Assembly (NCBI GenBank): GCA_048013815.1
Contig: CM106585.1
Location: 8,928,001 to 8,992,000, forward strand
Source: Setoptus koraiensis
Taxonomy: Eukaryota; Animalia; Arthropoda
Direction of reading: 5' to 3'
Length of the DNA stretch: 64,000 nucleotides
The notes beneath the pieces are model-generated. The model had not been told where the DNA came from and did not search any database. It was given only the letters and a program-made list of their open reading frames with translations. Position 1 is the first letter of the stretch; each line of letters opens with the position of its first letter. This document shows positions 24,101-37,077 of the stretch, one piece after another. The translations under genes were made by a program, and so were the position numbers.

Positions 24101-27100
24101 CCGCCGGGGCCCCAATCACAATGTCTCACCATTTTTGCGCTGGCGCCTTGTTATTAGGCTGCCGGGCCACAATTCAATCTGCGTCTTCCTGTGCCGCGCA
24201 CAAAAGCTTTCCTTTTGACAAAAATTGCCACTTCTACTTGGGCACTTGTAGTTGCGTAGTAATTTCGCTCGGGCCGCCCGAGTTCGGTCAGTGTCGGCTC
24301 GAGTCGGCCCAGCGCCCGTGCGCCCATTTCGGCTGGCCCGACGGTCGGCAGCGGCGCCACCGCGCTATCGTGCCGCCAGACAGCTAGCCAGCGGCGCGCC
24401 CCCGTGAGGGGCCGTGATTGGCTCGCGCGCTCATCGGCGCAGTGCGCCGGTGTGCCCGTCAACGGCAGTGCGTGTGCTGGTCATTAGGGGACTATTTAAT
24501 TTTAATAGAACAAGCCCGCGACGAGCCCGCGACGAGCCCGCGACGATCCCGCGACGAGCCGCCCGCCGCCGAGAAGCCGCCGCGTGATTATTATTGACGT
24601 CCAAACAGCTCAAGTCGCCGCGCCAGCCATCGGCCTGGGCAGCGGGCCAACGATGACGAGCCGACCGGGCCCCAATTGATCGGCGGGCCCTCTAATCACC
24701 GTTCAATCTCGGCGCGGCGCTCGGTCTCTCGGTCGCTGTCAGTCGGTGTCAGGCCGCTCGCTAGTGGCGCATCGAGCACCGGCTCGCCACACGTTACGCA
24801 ACAGCCACGGTTACGCAACAGCCACGGTTACGCAACAGCCAATGTTACGCAACAGCCAATGTTACGCAACAGACACGGTTACGTAACTGTCGCGAGCCGA
24901 GGCTACATCTTGCGCTGCGCGCTTGTGTATCGCTGCTGTGCAGTTATACAGTTATTGTAACGAGCGGACAAGCGACAACTGAAAATTATATCCGCCACTG
25001 GCGCCCGTGTAGCCCATATCCATAATGAGTTGGCCCGGCGCTGGGCATCGGGCGCGCGTGCCATCATTATGGCCGGGCCGGTGTGTCGTGTGGCAACAGT
25101 CTGCTAGTGTGATCGAGTTATGTCTAGAGCCCGTTACAGCACCCTTATAGCGCGGTTACAGCTCGTTGTACCGTGGTACCGGTACAACGAGCGCGCCGCA
25201 TATCGACCGCGACAAGCGGTATTTGGGTATTTGCACCGGTACATCGGTGCAGCGGCTCCGTGGCTCGACCAGCAGCGACCAGCAGCGACCAGCAGCGATC
25301 AGCAACGATCAGCAACGATCAGCAACGAAGCGGCAGCAAACAAGAAGACGACAAGTCGACGAGACAACGCGTGTGGGTGGCATGTATTATTATTAGTTGT
25401 GGGGGCCCAATTTGCAGAGCGGGCCCCCTTTATAGCGGCGCCCCCAAACAAGTTATAAAGGCGCCCCCAAACAAGCGGCGGCGGCGTTATAAAGGCGTCG
25501 TTCCGTTTGACAGCAACGAGGTCGCTTTGTTATTGGGGCCAGACAAAATTGAAAAGTCCGCTGTCGATGGCGCCGGCATCGATCCGTTAACCGGTAACCG
25601 GCAACTGGCAACCGGCAACCGGCAACTGGCGAGTTTAGCCAGTTTAGTCAGCAAACTTTGCTCACTAGAGTCCGCCGCGAGCTCACCTGATGGCTGCTAC
25701 GTGCCAACAAGTACGCGCAGCGCACATGCGAGCGTCGCCATTACGTAAGAGCCGCTAATAGTGCGCAGCGTGTAATGGTCACATCGGGCCGGATCTCTCT
25801 TGCGTAATCGTCACATCGGTGCTTTCGGGGGGGGGGCGGGGGGGACCAAAGAGCGCACACGCTTGCCATGCATAGTCCGCCCGCTCACATTTGTGCGCCC
25901 GCTCACATTTACGGCTCCGGCTCGGGTGCTTGGCCGGCCGGCGGCCGGCACCCGAGTCAAGTGGCGACACCGGCAAGATCATTGGCATTATTGGCATCAT
26001 GGGCATCATTGGCGTCAGTGGCATCGTTGGCGGACACGGCGGCAATTTGCCGCATGCAATGTCAATACTCGACGACGAGCGCTTGTCGAGAGACACTGTG
26101 AATAATAATAATGATTACGCCTGAATATTCATTGGGCCGCTCGCTTGGCGCCCACATATCGCACAGTCGGACGTCGCATCCATCTATGTATCCATCTACA
26201 GACACCTTTAGACACCTTTAGGCACCTTTAGACATATACTAAATAGACATATACCAAATAGACATATCTGGCGTCTGGGGCCATTTAAATAGATTTGGAT
26301 CTGGCGCAAACATTTGGATACATGCAAACAGTGCAAACAAGTTGCGCAACACACTCCGAGCCGAAACGCGAGCCGAGAATGGCCCCACGGTCGTCAGCTG
26401 AGCGCGGGGTCCGCAGCATGTCAAGCAGCAAAGACAAACAAATGAACAAACAATGAACGAGTGTGAATAATAACGCTGTACGCTGTTGCTCTCGCCCGTC
26501 ATGTGATAACCACCTGATATGATAAATGATGCTCGCCCCCTTGCTGGCCCCATTCACCTGCTAATGGTTTAACTGGCCTAGCTAACTGTGGCGCAATATC
26601 TGCTGCTCATACGTATGGCGCAATAGGTGCTGCTAATACGTATGACGCAATAGTACGAGTATGACCGGCCACTGACACTTGTTTGTGTCGGCTCGCTCAA
26701 TCTGCTTGGCGCTCAATCTGCTTGGCGCGCCCTCTACACACGCCTAATGGACCGGCCTGTTGGGCTGGTCAGCGCGGGCATTTGCCTAATCATCGCGCCT
26801 TGTTCAGCCGGCCGCTTGAGCCGGCCGAACGAGACACGGGTATCAGTGGCCATATTGTAGGCAGCCCGGTGGTAATACCTTGTGCGACCCGTGTCCAGCT
26901 TGTGGGGATCCACCTGGTGGCGCGCCACGGCGAGCGGCACGGATAATGGCCAGGCGCGGCGCACTTCGGGCTGCCGGCCTGGCCTGATCGATGGCTGTTG
27001 AGCCGTTTCTCAGGGCGCTGGTTGCGAGCATTTCGAGCACCGACTCGTCGAGCCGATCCACTCGTTTCGGCTCTGTTGTTCGTCTCGCTTGACGCTGGCT

Positions 27101-30100
27101 CGCGGCCAAATGATCCACCGTGAACAACGTGTAACGGCCCCTGGTCAGCTGCGCTTCGGCCCTAAAACGGGGCCTCAATGGGGCCCCATTTTTAAGTCGT
27201 TAGCACGCAAATAGTTTGCGCTGCCACTGGCTGCGCTGCCGAATCGGCCGAGCCAAAGTTTAAATTTGCAACGAGCCGGCGAATGTCACATGAGACGCGC
27301 GACGCTTCTCATGTGACAATGCCCGGTGAACGGATATCCAGCGCCGCAATTGTCTGTTTGTGTTCGGTGATCGGTTTATATCGGTCGATACAACAATATT
27401 TATATATACGATATACGACAATGTCGCTGTTGATGTAACAACCGGTACCGGTTTATCGGCGTATTTGTCGGTGGCACACTAACACTGCGCCGACTGGCCG
27501 AGCTCGAGCCGCGCACCCGAACAGTTGACCGACCAACGAAATGTCTGCGAATTTCTGGCCCGTGCGCCGCCTGACACTTTTGCCAGCGCCTCCCACCAGG
27601 CGTCATGATCGATCATAATTTGTAGTAGTATCCATTTACCGCCAAGAGGGGCGACCAGCGCAGCACAACTATTAATCGGCCAGTCAATCGAGTCGGCAGA
27701 CGCGGCCCAAAGCGGCCGGTCTCACCTAGTCGGGCCGCTATCGGCGCGCCGCCAGTGATTTAAAATGTATGGGAGGGGGCGCTTCTCTCGTTACACACAA
27801 GCCAACGTAAATTGTCAGTAAATTGATTGAAAAGTTTTCGCTTTCGGGCGCGCTATTGGCCGCCTTTGTTGCTGTTGTTGTTGTTGCTGTTGTTGCTGTT
27901 GTTGCTGTCGTTGTTGTCGCAGTCGCTGCTGGCGCGGTTGTTGCTGTTGTTGTTGCTGTTGTTGTTTGTGAGGTGGTGGTGGCGTGCAATGCTCGCAGCG
28001 ACTGCAGCGCCAAATATCGACATTGGCCCGTGTGTCAGGCGATAGCTGGACAGTGACGGGCGCACTGTGCGCGCGTTGATACCCGCGCCGAGGCCCATCG
28101 ATTGTCGGCTGGTCGTTGGCCGTCGGATATTTGCAACTTGCAGCCAACTGTGTGTGACGTGCCAGCCAGCGCCGAGGTGCGACTCGCTGGCCAAACTCGG
28201 CCGGCCTCGCTGGCACAACTGGCAGCGACCGCGCCAACTGGCAGCGACCGCGCCAACTGGGGCCCGTGCGAGCGGCCTGGCCCGAGGCCGGCGCTCCAGT
28301 TGAATAATTCATGCGATTTGGCGACCAACGGTGAGAGCGAGCATTGTCAAATTGACTGGCTTTTTGTTTGTCGTCCGACGTGCTGGTCGCGGGCGCCGCG
28401 GCCGCCGCCGTGCCGAGCAGCTCGTGTTATATCGCGTTGCCGGCCGCGCAACTAGATGAGACACGCAACTGAACATAACGGCATGTATGGCGTGATTTGA
28501 GGGCTTAGTTGTTTTTCAGTGCGCCGCCAGGCTAATTGTAGATTCGGATTCGGTCCGAATTCGAAGCCATGTGCAAGCCATCGAAGCTGCTGGAAGCCGT
28601 GGAAGCCGCGAAACTGAGCCAATACCTGGCTGCGATTGTTAGCGGGCAAGCAATTAGTGCGCACTGAGGGGCCCGCCACGGCACAACAGCATTATGTGTA
28701 ACGGCGCCGATATCGGGTGCCGTTGTGGCGTCAGGTGTTTGCTTGTGTCAATTGTGTTGTTGTCAGCAAACAAAACTGTCGCTCTCGCTTGCCAGTGATT
28801 GTGCGTGATTGCATAACTGTCGACACAACACTTACGCGAACGAGTGTCGTGTTGACAATTTGTCAATGATAAACAAACACGACACGACAATATCGGCCAG
28901 CGTCGGACAATATCCGCCAGCGTCGGACAGTATCCGAAACAACACTGTCCGACGCCGTCCATAAGTCACACACAATATGCGCGAGAGTTGCCAGTTGCAT
29001 CATATTGCGCTGTTGCAACATCGCCGCTGCCCAGCAACCTCAATAGGCTCTCATCGGCCCAGTGTCCGGCGCCCATTTGTCGCGGGCCAGCCCGTACGCG
29101 CCCCACAAACAAATTGGCCTCAATTGCCGGCTACAATTGCGGCAATTTGTTGCAGCGAGCCAATTGCAGCCAGACACCAGGCCAGTTGCGCAACGACGAC
29201 ATTAGTGGGCGGCATTAATTGCCGTCTCGTTTCGTCGTTCGCAATCAAGCTCAGCGAGCGAGCGAGCTAGTCCCCAATTGGCAATTGGCTCGCCTCTCGC
29301 CGCTCGCCGCTTGTATAAATTGTATCGCTCGCTTGACTATAAATAGTCAAGTGGGCCTCGCGTTGTTGTTGCCGTTGTTGTTGCTGTTGTTGTTGCTGTT
29401 GTTGGCGCTGCTGTTGGCGCTGCTGTTGGTGCTGGCTCGCGTGGCGCCACAGTCGTAATGATGATAATAATGGCCATGTATATATTATAATAAAACATAA
29501 TGTTACATAATGTATAATGTTGTTGAATAATATCTGCATAATATCTTCGAATGTTAATTTAAAATGTTGTTAGCGTCGCGCTCTTTCGTGCGCCCCTCTC
29601 GTCGCTCGTGCGCCCCTCTCGATTACACAGTCAGTTATAGTGGTCGGTTGGCCGCATCCCCACAGCCGAAGCGGCTTGTGTCGGCCGCCAAGCGGCCAGC
29701 AATTCATATTTTATCCGCTATTTTTACCCGCTGGGGGCCATTTTTAGCCCATCGGTGGCGCTGTTCGGCGGCTAAAAATGAACGGCGCGCGCGTTTCTTT
29801 GCCGCAGTTTTCACACAGTCTGAATGGCACTGTCGACTGGAGCCCCAGTCGGCAATGGTCAATCAGTCTGATCCATCTGAGCCAGACGGAATGACTGAGG
29901 CAAACCTCGATATTGCGACACTGCTGCCCGGGCATTTGCCCGGGCCGGCCCGCCGACATCCGCCGGTCCGCGGATCGAGCCTCACACAAGCGCGTGGTCA
30001 GTGTGCGCGGCGCGAGACTGGATTTGGTGCTAGTTCAATCCATCTATTACGCTGTGTGTCCGTGGTTTGTGTAGTTGTGTATATAATTACGACACTGGAC

Positions 30101-31529
30101 ACAGTTAAACGGCGCCAGTGGCACCCAGACACAACAGCTAGTTACATTTAGCTGCAAAAACAAGTAACGCGATCGCCGGCAATCATATCATTAATTACCA
30201 TTTAATCAACACCAATCATCGAGATGACGCGCGCGCCAAATTAAATTATTTGCCGCTGGCGGCGCCAATTACTTGGCAAGCCAGCAACGGCCTCATGCGC
30301 CTCATGCAAACCAAGCCAGTTCCGATATTGGATATTGGCCGCTGGATATTGGCTGTTGGCCGCTGGATTTTGGCTGTTGGCCGTCGGCCATAACTGGACG
30401 GCGCGCTGGCCAGTGAGCGCGGCTAATCGGCGCTCTGGATGACCGGCTCAGAGGCCCATTGGCTCATTGGGTGCCCGTTGGGTGCCCATGAGAAGGCAGT
30501 TCCTGTTTTGGCAGCCAGCTGAGTGGCGAGTGCAAGCGTCGAGGTGCCAACAGCAACAGCAACAACGACAACAACATGCACGTTATTGCATAATGGCGCA
30601 TAATAATAATTGGCCTGGCAGCCGCAAGACATGGCCGTGCGAATGGCGGGCCCGGCCAGAGGCCAGCCGCCGGTTTGTTGGCCCGCCGACGCGCTTTCTC
30701 ATGCTCCACTTAATGCCATATCTCAGCCTGTGCTCGGGGCCCGACAAGCGCAACAATCGACAGAACTCAATCCGACTCTGTTTGACTTGACTAATGCTCG
30801 TAATGATTTACTCGCGGCAGCAACAACAACAACAACAACAATAATTCTCTTGCTCTTTTCGCCGCACACCAGCCAGCAACAACAACAACGACGACGACAA
30901 CAACAACAACAACACCCACGGCGGCCCGACGGCGCCAACAGGAAGCGGCCCGTGCGAATCAAAATCGGCCAACAGTGTGCGCATAGCGATAGACAGACCA
31001 TTAGCAGTTGTGCGCGGTCCGAGGAGTCGCGCAAAGAATCCAAACAATCATCATGTAAACTAACCTTGCGCCAGCAACAACAACAACAACAACAACAAGA
31101 CTCGCTTGTATTTCAATGATTTCTGGCCGGCGCTGTCGTTAGCGGGGCCCGCTGGTCGGCCCACTGGTCGCCTCGAGCAGCAACGGGCAGCAACGGGCAG
31201 CGACGGGCAGCGGCGGCACGAGCGCGTTAGCCAGCAGCAAACTGGAGAATTGAAACGGACAAATGGGTCCGAGTCGGCACTCACGCACGAATGGCCACCG
31301 CCCAAACATTGCGCCCCGCAGTAAGTTGGCCGTATGTTGTTGCCGCAACTGCAACTAGGTGGCCAACAACCATACAGCGGCCATTGAATGCGGCCGGGCC
31401 GGCCGCAACTGAGCGGTGCACTCGGTGTTGCGCAACACCAAATGAACGAGCTATGCAAATGGGCAGCACTCACTCACAGTGTGTGACTAAACAATTGCAA
31501 ATGGGGCCGCCTTGTACTCACATCTTGCC

Positions 31530-31563
<34 letters not shown>

Positions 31564-33050
31564 GCTGTTGTGTGTGAGATATGATGTAACATGGACATGA
31601 TAGCTTGTTTGGTGGGTGCTGGCCGGTTGGCTCATCGGGCGGTCGGTCGCTCGTCGGTCGGTCGGTCGGTTGGCGGTCAGTCGGACGGTCGGTTGGTCGG
31701 TCCGTTGGCCGGCGGCCAAGTCGGCAGGCGCCAGCCACCAGCGATAGCGGCAGTAAATTCAATTAAGGGCGCACGGCGCCGGCCATTGAGTCACGAGCGC
31801 TTCAAGCAGTCAACTGTTGTTGCTGTGCTGGCCCCTCTGAGCCTCAGAGTCTGAGGGGCCCCTCTTAATGTTGGCGACTCTCGCTAGTGATTATGTAATT
31901 ACCTGTGCGCGCCGTGCCCTGGTGGCCGGCGCTGGTCGGCCTGTTGGCAGTGCGGCCAGTCGGCCGGTTGGCTAGTCGGCTTCCAATAGGATCGGATCGG
32001 ATTATGGTGCTGACATTGATGACACTGGCTGGCACCGCAAAAACAATCGGCGGCCCCACATGCGCCCGGATAATAGGGCATGTCTTGCGCTGAGTGCACA
32101 CTCATTACCGTCATTATTGGCTGCGTCGGCTAAGTCGGCCAGCGGTGGCCAGACAGACGGGCGGCCCGATAGAAGCACAGGTGAGTAGGCAGACAGAAAG
32201 GTGAGTGGACAGAGGGAAAGGTGAGCCCATCTCATTAGCGACAATATCGATTAGTCTGGCGGCGGGCACGCAAACAAGGCGCCCACTGACCGTGCATCGC
32301 GCACCCGATCTGATCTGTGAGCGCCATGATTGTTGAGAGGAAGGGGGGGGGCCGCTTAACGGACAATGACAATCATTTATTTAATATGCTGATTGCGTCA
32401 TATCGTCAGCTAATTAGCTAATCGTTGCTTGTCACTAGGCAGGTATGACAGGCGCGTACCCCTAGTGCGCGTACTCCGCGTTAAGTAATTGCGGTGACAC
32501 TGACGTGAATTGTCACTAGTGGACTGACAACATTGTGACCATGGTCTTGCCAGCGCCCCCTGAGCGTCACAGCAATGAACTGCTACTACTCGTGTTATTG
32601 CTAGTATAGTGGTTTGTGTCGGGTACTCACGTCGATCTTGACGCCGGCCGCCTCGTACGACATGCTGGCGGGCGCCTCCTTGGGCAGGTAACGGTAAAAT
32701 TCCTCGTTGTCTTTGTACCATTGAATTGAATACAATTGATTTGATTGGTCTGCTGCTGCTGCCGCCGCCGCCGCTTGATGCTGATGATGATGAGCATTGT
32801 GATGGTGATGATGAGCGCTGCAATTGAGCCAGAATTGATCGGCTAATTTCACTATTTCTGGCACGCTTATTGAAACTTTTAGGCTGTCCACTGGCACAAC
32901 AATGCCAACGCTAATTACTATGATAAGAGTGAATCTGATTAATATCAACCAGCCAACAAACAATAACGATGGGGGCCCCTGTACAACTGTGTTCACTGTG
33001 CCCTCGTCGGGGCTAGTTTGTTTGCTTTTCGATTCAATTTCTATCACCAT
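10775..33050 (-). CDS. beat: Beaten path (Beat)-family Ig-domain cell-surface protein, 5 exons, ~913 aa
   Basis: Exons 33050-32631, 21745-21706 (40 bp), 21540-21448, 13530-11515 and 10947-10775 are all GT-AG and phase-compatible (2742 nt). The joined Ig1 reads WLNC..LYSIQWYKDNEEFYRYLPKEAP..GVKID|MTKSHHGNVYLTK|ADVSTEGEYRCDITEAPSFET, and Ig2 reads LP..GPRI..YAIGDHIELRCST..IKWYLN; both are Beat-like. The last exon is less certain. Confidence 0.85.
14411..14561. repeat. Inverted repeat with 26-bp arms (25/26 match) and a 99-nt spacer
   Basis: CTCTGTCGCTCTCCGTCTCGAGCGCT (14411-14436) is complementary to AGCGCTCGAGACGGAGAGCGAGAGAG (14536-14561). Confidence 0.85.
16428..16500. repeat. 13-bp tandem repeat (ACCACTGGCCTGC) x5 plus a partial copy
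   Basis: Read directly from the sequence. Confidence 0.95.
17606..17704. repeat. 17-bp tandem repeat (ACTCGCCTGTTCGCGGC) x4 with degenerate flanking copies
   Basis: Read directly from the sequence. Confidence 0.95.
18002..18056. repeat. 11-bp tandem repeat (GGCACCGTCGC) x4 plus a near-perfect copy
   Basis: Read directly from the sequence. Confidence 0.95.
19445..19497. repeat. GTT/GCT trinucleotide microsatellite (one of many CAA/CAG tracts in the Beat introns)
   Basis: Similar tracts occur near 18600, 20520, 27870, 29360 and 31530; they produce the poly-Q/L/V/T pseudo-ORFs in the track. Confidence 0.9.
24793..24887. repeat. 17-bp tandem repeat (GTTACGCAACAGCCACG/AAT), ~5.5 copies
   Basis: Read directly; two unit variants alternate in blocks. 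Confidence 0.92.
25266..25328. repeat. 10-bp tandem repeat (CAGCAGCGAC drifting to CAGCAACGAT), ~6 copies
   Basis: Read directly; the unit changes gradually along the array. Confidence 0.9.
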
Positions 33051-36000
33051 GATTTCTCTCTCTGTGTGTGTGTGTGGCTGATATCGGTCGCTAGTTGGGC
33101 AACTAGTGACGCAACAACAATTACAAATTATGATTTAGTTGACAATTGATGAATTACGATGATGCTGACACACCGGTGATAACGATGCTTGTTGCTTGTC
33201 GCTTGTTGCCGCTGCTCCCTTCACGCGTCGAGATCATGGTGCCATTCTACTTTGCTTGTAGCTTGTTTTGCTGATATGAGTAGCGTAGTTTAGTGAAACT
33301 GTCTTGCCGGTATATGAGCCGAAATGTGAATTATCCGGATAAATTGGCCGAATATTTGATTTGTTGATTTGATTCCGCACAAGGTGCACAATTTGTACGA
33401 TGACAAACACACACAATTGAACTTGCAATTTACGATTCACCTTCGTTGGGTCAAACTTGCAAACTGACACTCACAAACTGAAACGCTGTCGGTGTGCGTG
33501 TGCGTGTGTTGAGTGTCGCTGTGTGTCGGTGTGCGCAATGCACCATTTACACACATATTGCGCACTTTCATTTCCAGTGTCGACTATGCAAATCCGCCAG
33601 ATGGCGTTACTTGAGTGTGTGTGTGTGTGTGTGTGTGCCTATAAAAATTGTTGTTGTTGTTGTTGTTGTTTGCCAATTGCAAATTTATTAGTTAGATGAA
33701 TGGTATTTATGCTTTATTATACTTTGTTATAACTACAACTTGTTATAGGTACAACAAAAGGCCACGCCATTACATAACATGTTATTTAATCTGTCCGACG
33801 AGCAGCCTGCCTGCTGCCTCGTGTGATACAATCCGCACTGGGCCAGTTCCGATCGACGACAGAATGGATTATCCAGGCAAAATGAAATTTTTCACAGCTT
33901 CTCACCAGCGACATGACACAATACATCCACGACCATACGACACCTAAGCGTGCCATGAGCAAGCCGAGCAAATCTATTTAGATATGGCACCGAGCGGCGC
34001 ACTGACAACAATGGATGGATGGACGAAAATGGACGCTACTAATTAGATCATTACCGTTAATAGATTTGGATAGATGGCCGCGGTTGTGATCGATGGACAA
34101 CCGACACACAGCTATTGTCGCCATAATGGTTATAGGTGCAGCAGCAGCAGCAGCGCTGTCACACGCGAATATCAGCGATATCAACCACCAAATCACCATC
34201 GGCGCTGATCGATATCTCACGTGCCGGAGCAAGTTGTTAGCCAAACAAGACAGTCCGTCTATTTGGTTCATTTCGGTATATTTGGCCCATTTCGGTCTAT
34301 TTGGTCTATTTTGGTCTATTTAGCCCCAACGAGCACTGCCCATGCACCGCACGGAGCCCAGCGGCCAAACCGGCGGCCACCAGTTACCAGTGCGCCGGCA
34401 AGCAAGTCAGCCAGTCCAGCGGATATTATGCACATATCGGGATTGTTATTATTATTTCGCTGACGAGAGAAGTGGATATTCCACAGAGCTGAAAATGAAA
34501 CAGCCCCAGAAACAGCTGCTTGCACGGTCAATTTCGTGAGCCGGCGGCGACGGCCCTCATTGTGTGTTGCCCGTGTCGCCACTGACGACGACTGTCCACA
34601 TTGGCCCAGGCCGGACGTCTGACGTCAAACGCGGCAGATGCAACGCGTTAGATAAGTTAAATTTCTACCTAATTAATTGTTGTTTTTGTAGAGCATTCCC
34701 CTTGTTGCTGTCCAAACACACAGAGTGGAGAGAGTGACTCTTAATTGTTTATGGCATAATTCATGCTCGTGTGCCCGCCGCCACCAAAGACCCACCACCG
34801 TATGCCACCACTGTGCCGTGGCTTGTGTATAATGGCTGTCATGCGAAGCGTATCAATCGCAATCATACCAGTTGTGCCAGCTCTCGATGTGCCGAGTGAC
34901 AAAACAGCAACAACAGCAACAACAACAACGACTGCCACGCCAGGCGACAACAAGTGGCCACGGACGGCAAACAGCAACAACTTGCGGGCAGATGTTGCCA
35001 ACAAACATTTGCGTTGACCAGTGGCTGCCGGGGACACATTGCGACAATTGCGTTGTTTGTGTGGTGACAATTACACTCGAACCGCAACAACCACACAAAC
35101 AAACATCAACAGCCATTGCGACGCAGACGATGATGATATCGAAATTGAAATTAAAAGATAAATGGCCTAGATATGGGCGAGAGACGCGGCCAGTATGGTA
35201 ACGGTTTACGCAGCGCCGCTAATGGCAACCGCATAACGGTTTGGTGTTGCACTAATACAATTTCGCTTGAATCACCGATTCGAAGCCGATAACGACTAGA
35301 TAACGGTCGCCACCGAACACACTGACCGAGCGACAACAGCAAACATCTGCTATCGTTGGGCTGTTTGTTTGTGTTGACAGTGTAAATTGTAAATTGGTTT
35401 GTGGTTGTTGTCGCTGTCGGTTGTTGGTGTGTTTGTTGGCTGGCAAGAAACAGTTTCAGTTGATTGCCACACGACATCAATGGCAGCAGTCGTCAAACAT
35501 TGGCGCTTATTATGTTGATATGCAAATTTCATTGCGACCCGACACATCAAATAGTCTTAAAATGATACACAACAATCATTCAAATTTGCATCGATGTTGC
35601 ACTGTTGTCGCTGTTGTCGTCGTTGTCGTCGTTGGCGTCGTTGTTGCCTTTGTTGTCGTTTATGATATTAAGTACATCACTACTATCACTCATCACGAAT
35701 CTATTCTGTCATCAGATCAATGCTAGTTGCCATCGATGTCCACTGTTGTTCCCAAATGCAAACACAACACTTACCCCGTCGTCGCCGTCGACCCATTCGC
35801 TTGCCCACTCTCAATACGTGGCCACAATACGTAATCTCACTTGGGCAACTAGGGTTAGCCCACGAGCATAACCATAAATAACCAGCAACAATATAACTAT
35901 TGCGCAACAATACTACCAGACCAGATGACTGAACAACGTTACTTAGGGCAGAAGAAGTGCTGTTGCGATTCTCTAATTTACATTGTGTGCCCGAGAATAA

Positions 36001-37077
36001 ACTAAATACGAAAGTCTGTTGTGGGAGTAATGGGCCTCTTCGAAGGCAAACCTAATTAGCGTTCCGCCTCTTCTTTTCTCTCCCTCTCTCTCTCTCTCTC
36101 CCTCTCTCCTTGTGCGTCCACCACTAACCACTGATGCCAATGTCGCTTGCAGCTACCAATAAATTCCAATTTAGTGCTGGCCGTAATTTGGTTACAATAT
36201 CTCATTGTACTGTTTATTTCAATTGTTGTTGTATACAATTCTCGTAGTGAACGACAAAACTTTGTTCACTGGTCAATATGTGACATCACATTATCTGTGT
36301 GTAGTGATATCACCAGGATAGCACACAATCATGGCGCCCTCTATTGAGTGGTCAGTATAGTAAGCAATTAATTGAATAGAGAGGACCAATTGAATTAATA
36401 TACGCCAGCTTCACTACAACTTCCTGATTGGTGCTCGAAACCTTGAAGCAATTACTATACTACCTCTAATGAGATTTCCGTTCTCTCTCCCTCTCTGTAA
36501 TGATTGTCGGACAAGACACACAAGATAATCCAGAGCTTCAAATCAGCGTATCAGCAAACCCCTTTAGCTGTATAATGGAGGCCGGGAATGGGCATGGTCG
36601 ACCCAACACTAGAGGTCCGAGTATGTCAAGCAAACACTAAAAGTAACCAGTGTCAATAGATCCAATTATACATCTTATGGAAATTTGTTTGTGTCGTTCA
36701 TCCGGGGGGACACAAACAAACTATTTTGCTGTCACTGCTACTGGTGCTGTATCAGGCACTAGCACAGAGAACCCACATGCGATAAGATCACAGAAGCTCC
36801 AAATTGTCGACCCGACCCTCGGACCGATTTATAGACGGATTTAGCGCGACGATTAAAGGGATAAGGATAATGCTAATGACCAATCAGTGATGATTACTAG
36901 TGTAATCACTACCTAACTATACCCTTTTGATAGTGTATGATGTTCGAATCTATGGATATCATTACTGCTAAGTTGCTTCTCCGTTTCAATGATGTCTCCT
37001 GAAACTGACCAATCTTCGCTGTCTTGTAAGTCGGATGCTATTTTGGCACCACTAATAGCAATACAATATTGTGAGTG

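Noticed and set aside
16428-24887. Short tandem arrays as possible CRISPR-like repeats
   Set aside because: The units are directly adjacent with no unique spacers, the context is eukaryotic, and there are no cas genes.
13900-36300. More than 200 short ORFs in the Beat introns and upstream region
   Set aside because: They are poly-Q/L/V/T/R translations of microsatellites and GC-rich repeats, overlap in several frames, and show no domain; no nested gene is supported.
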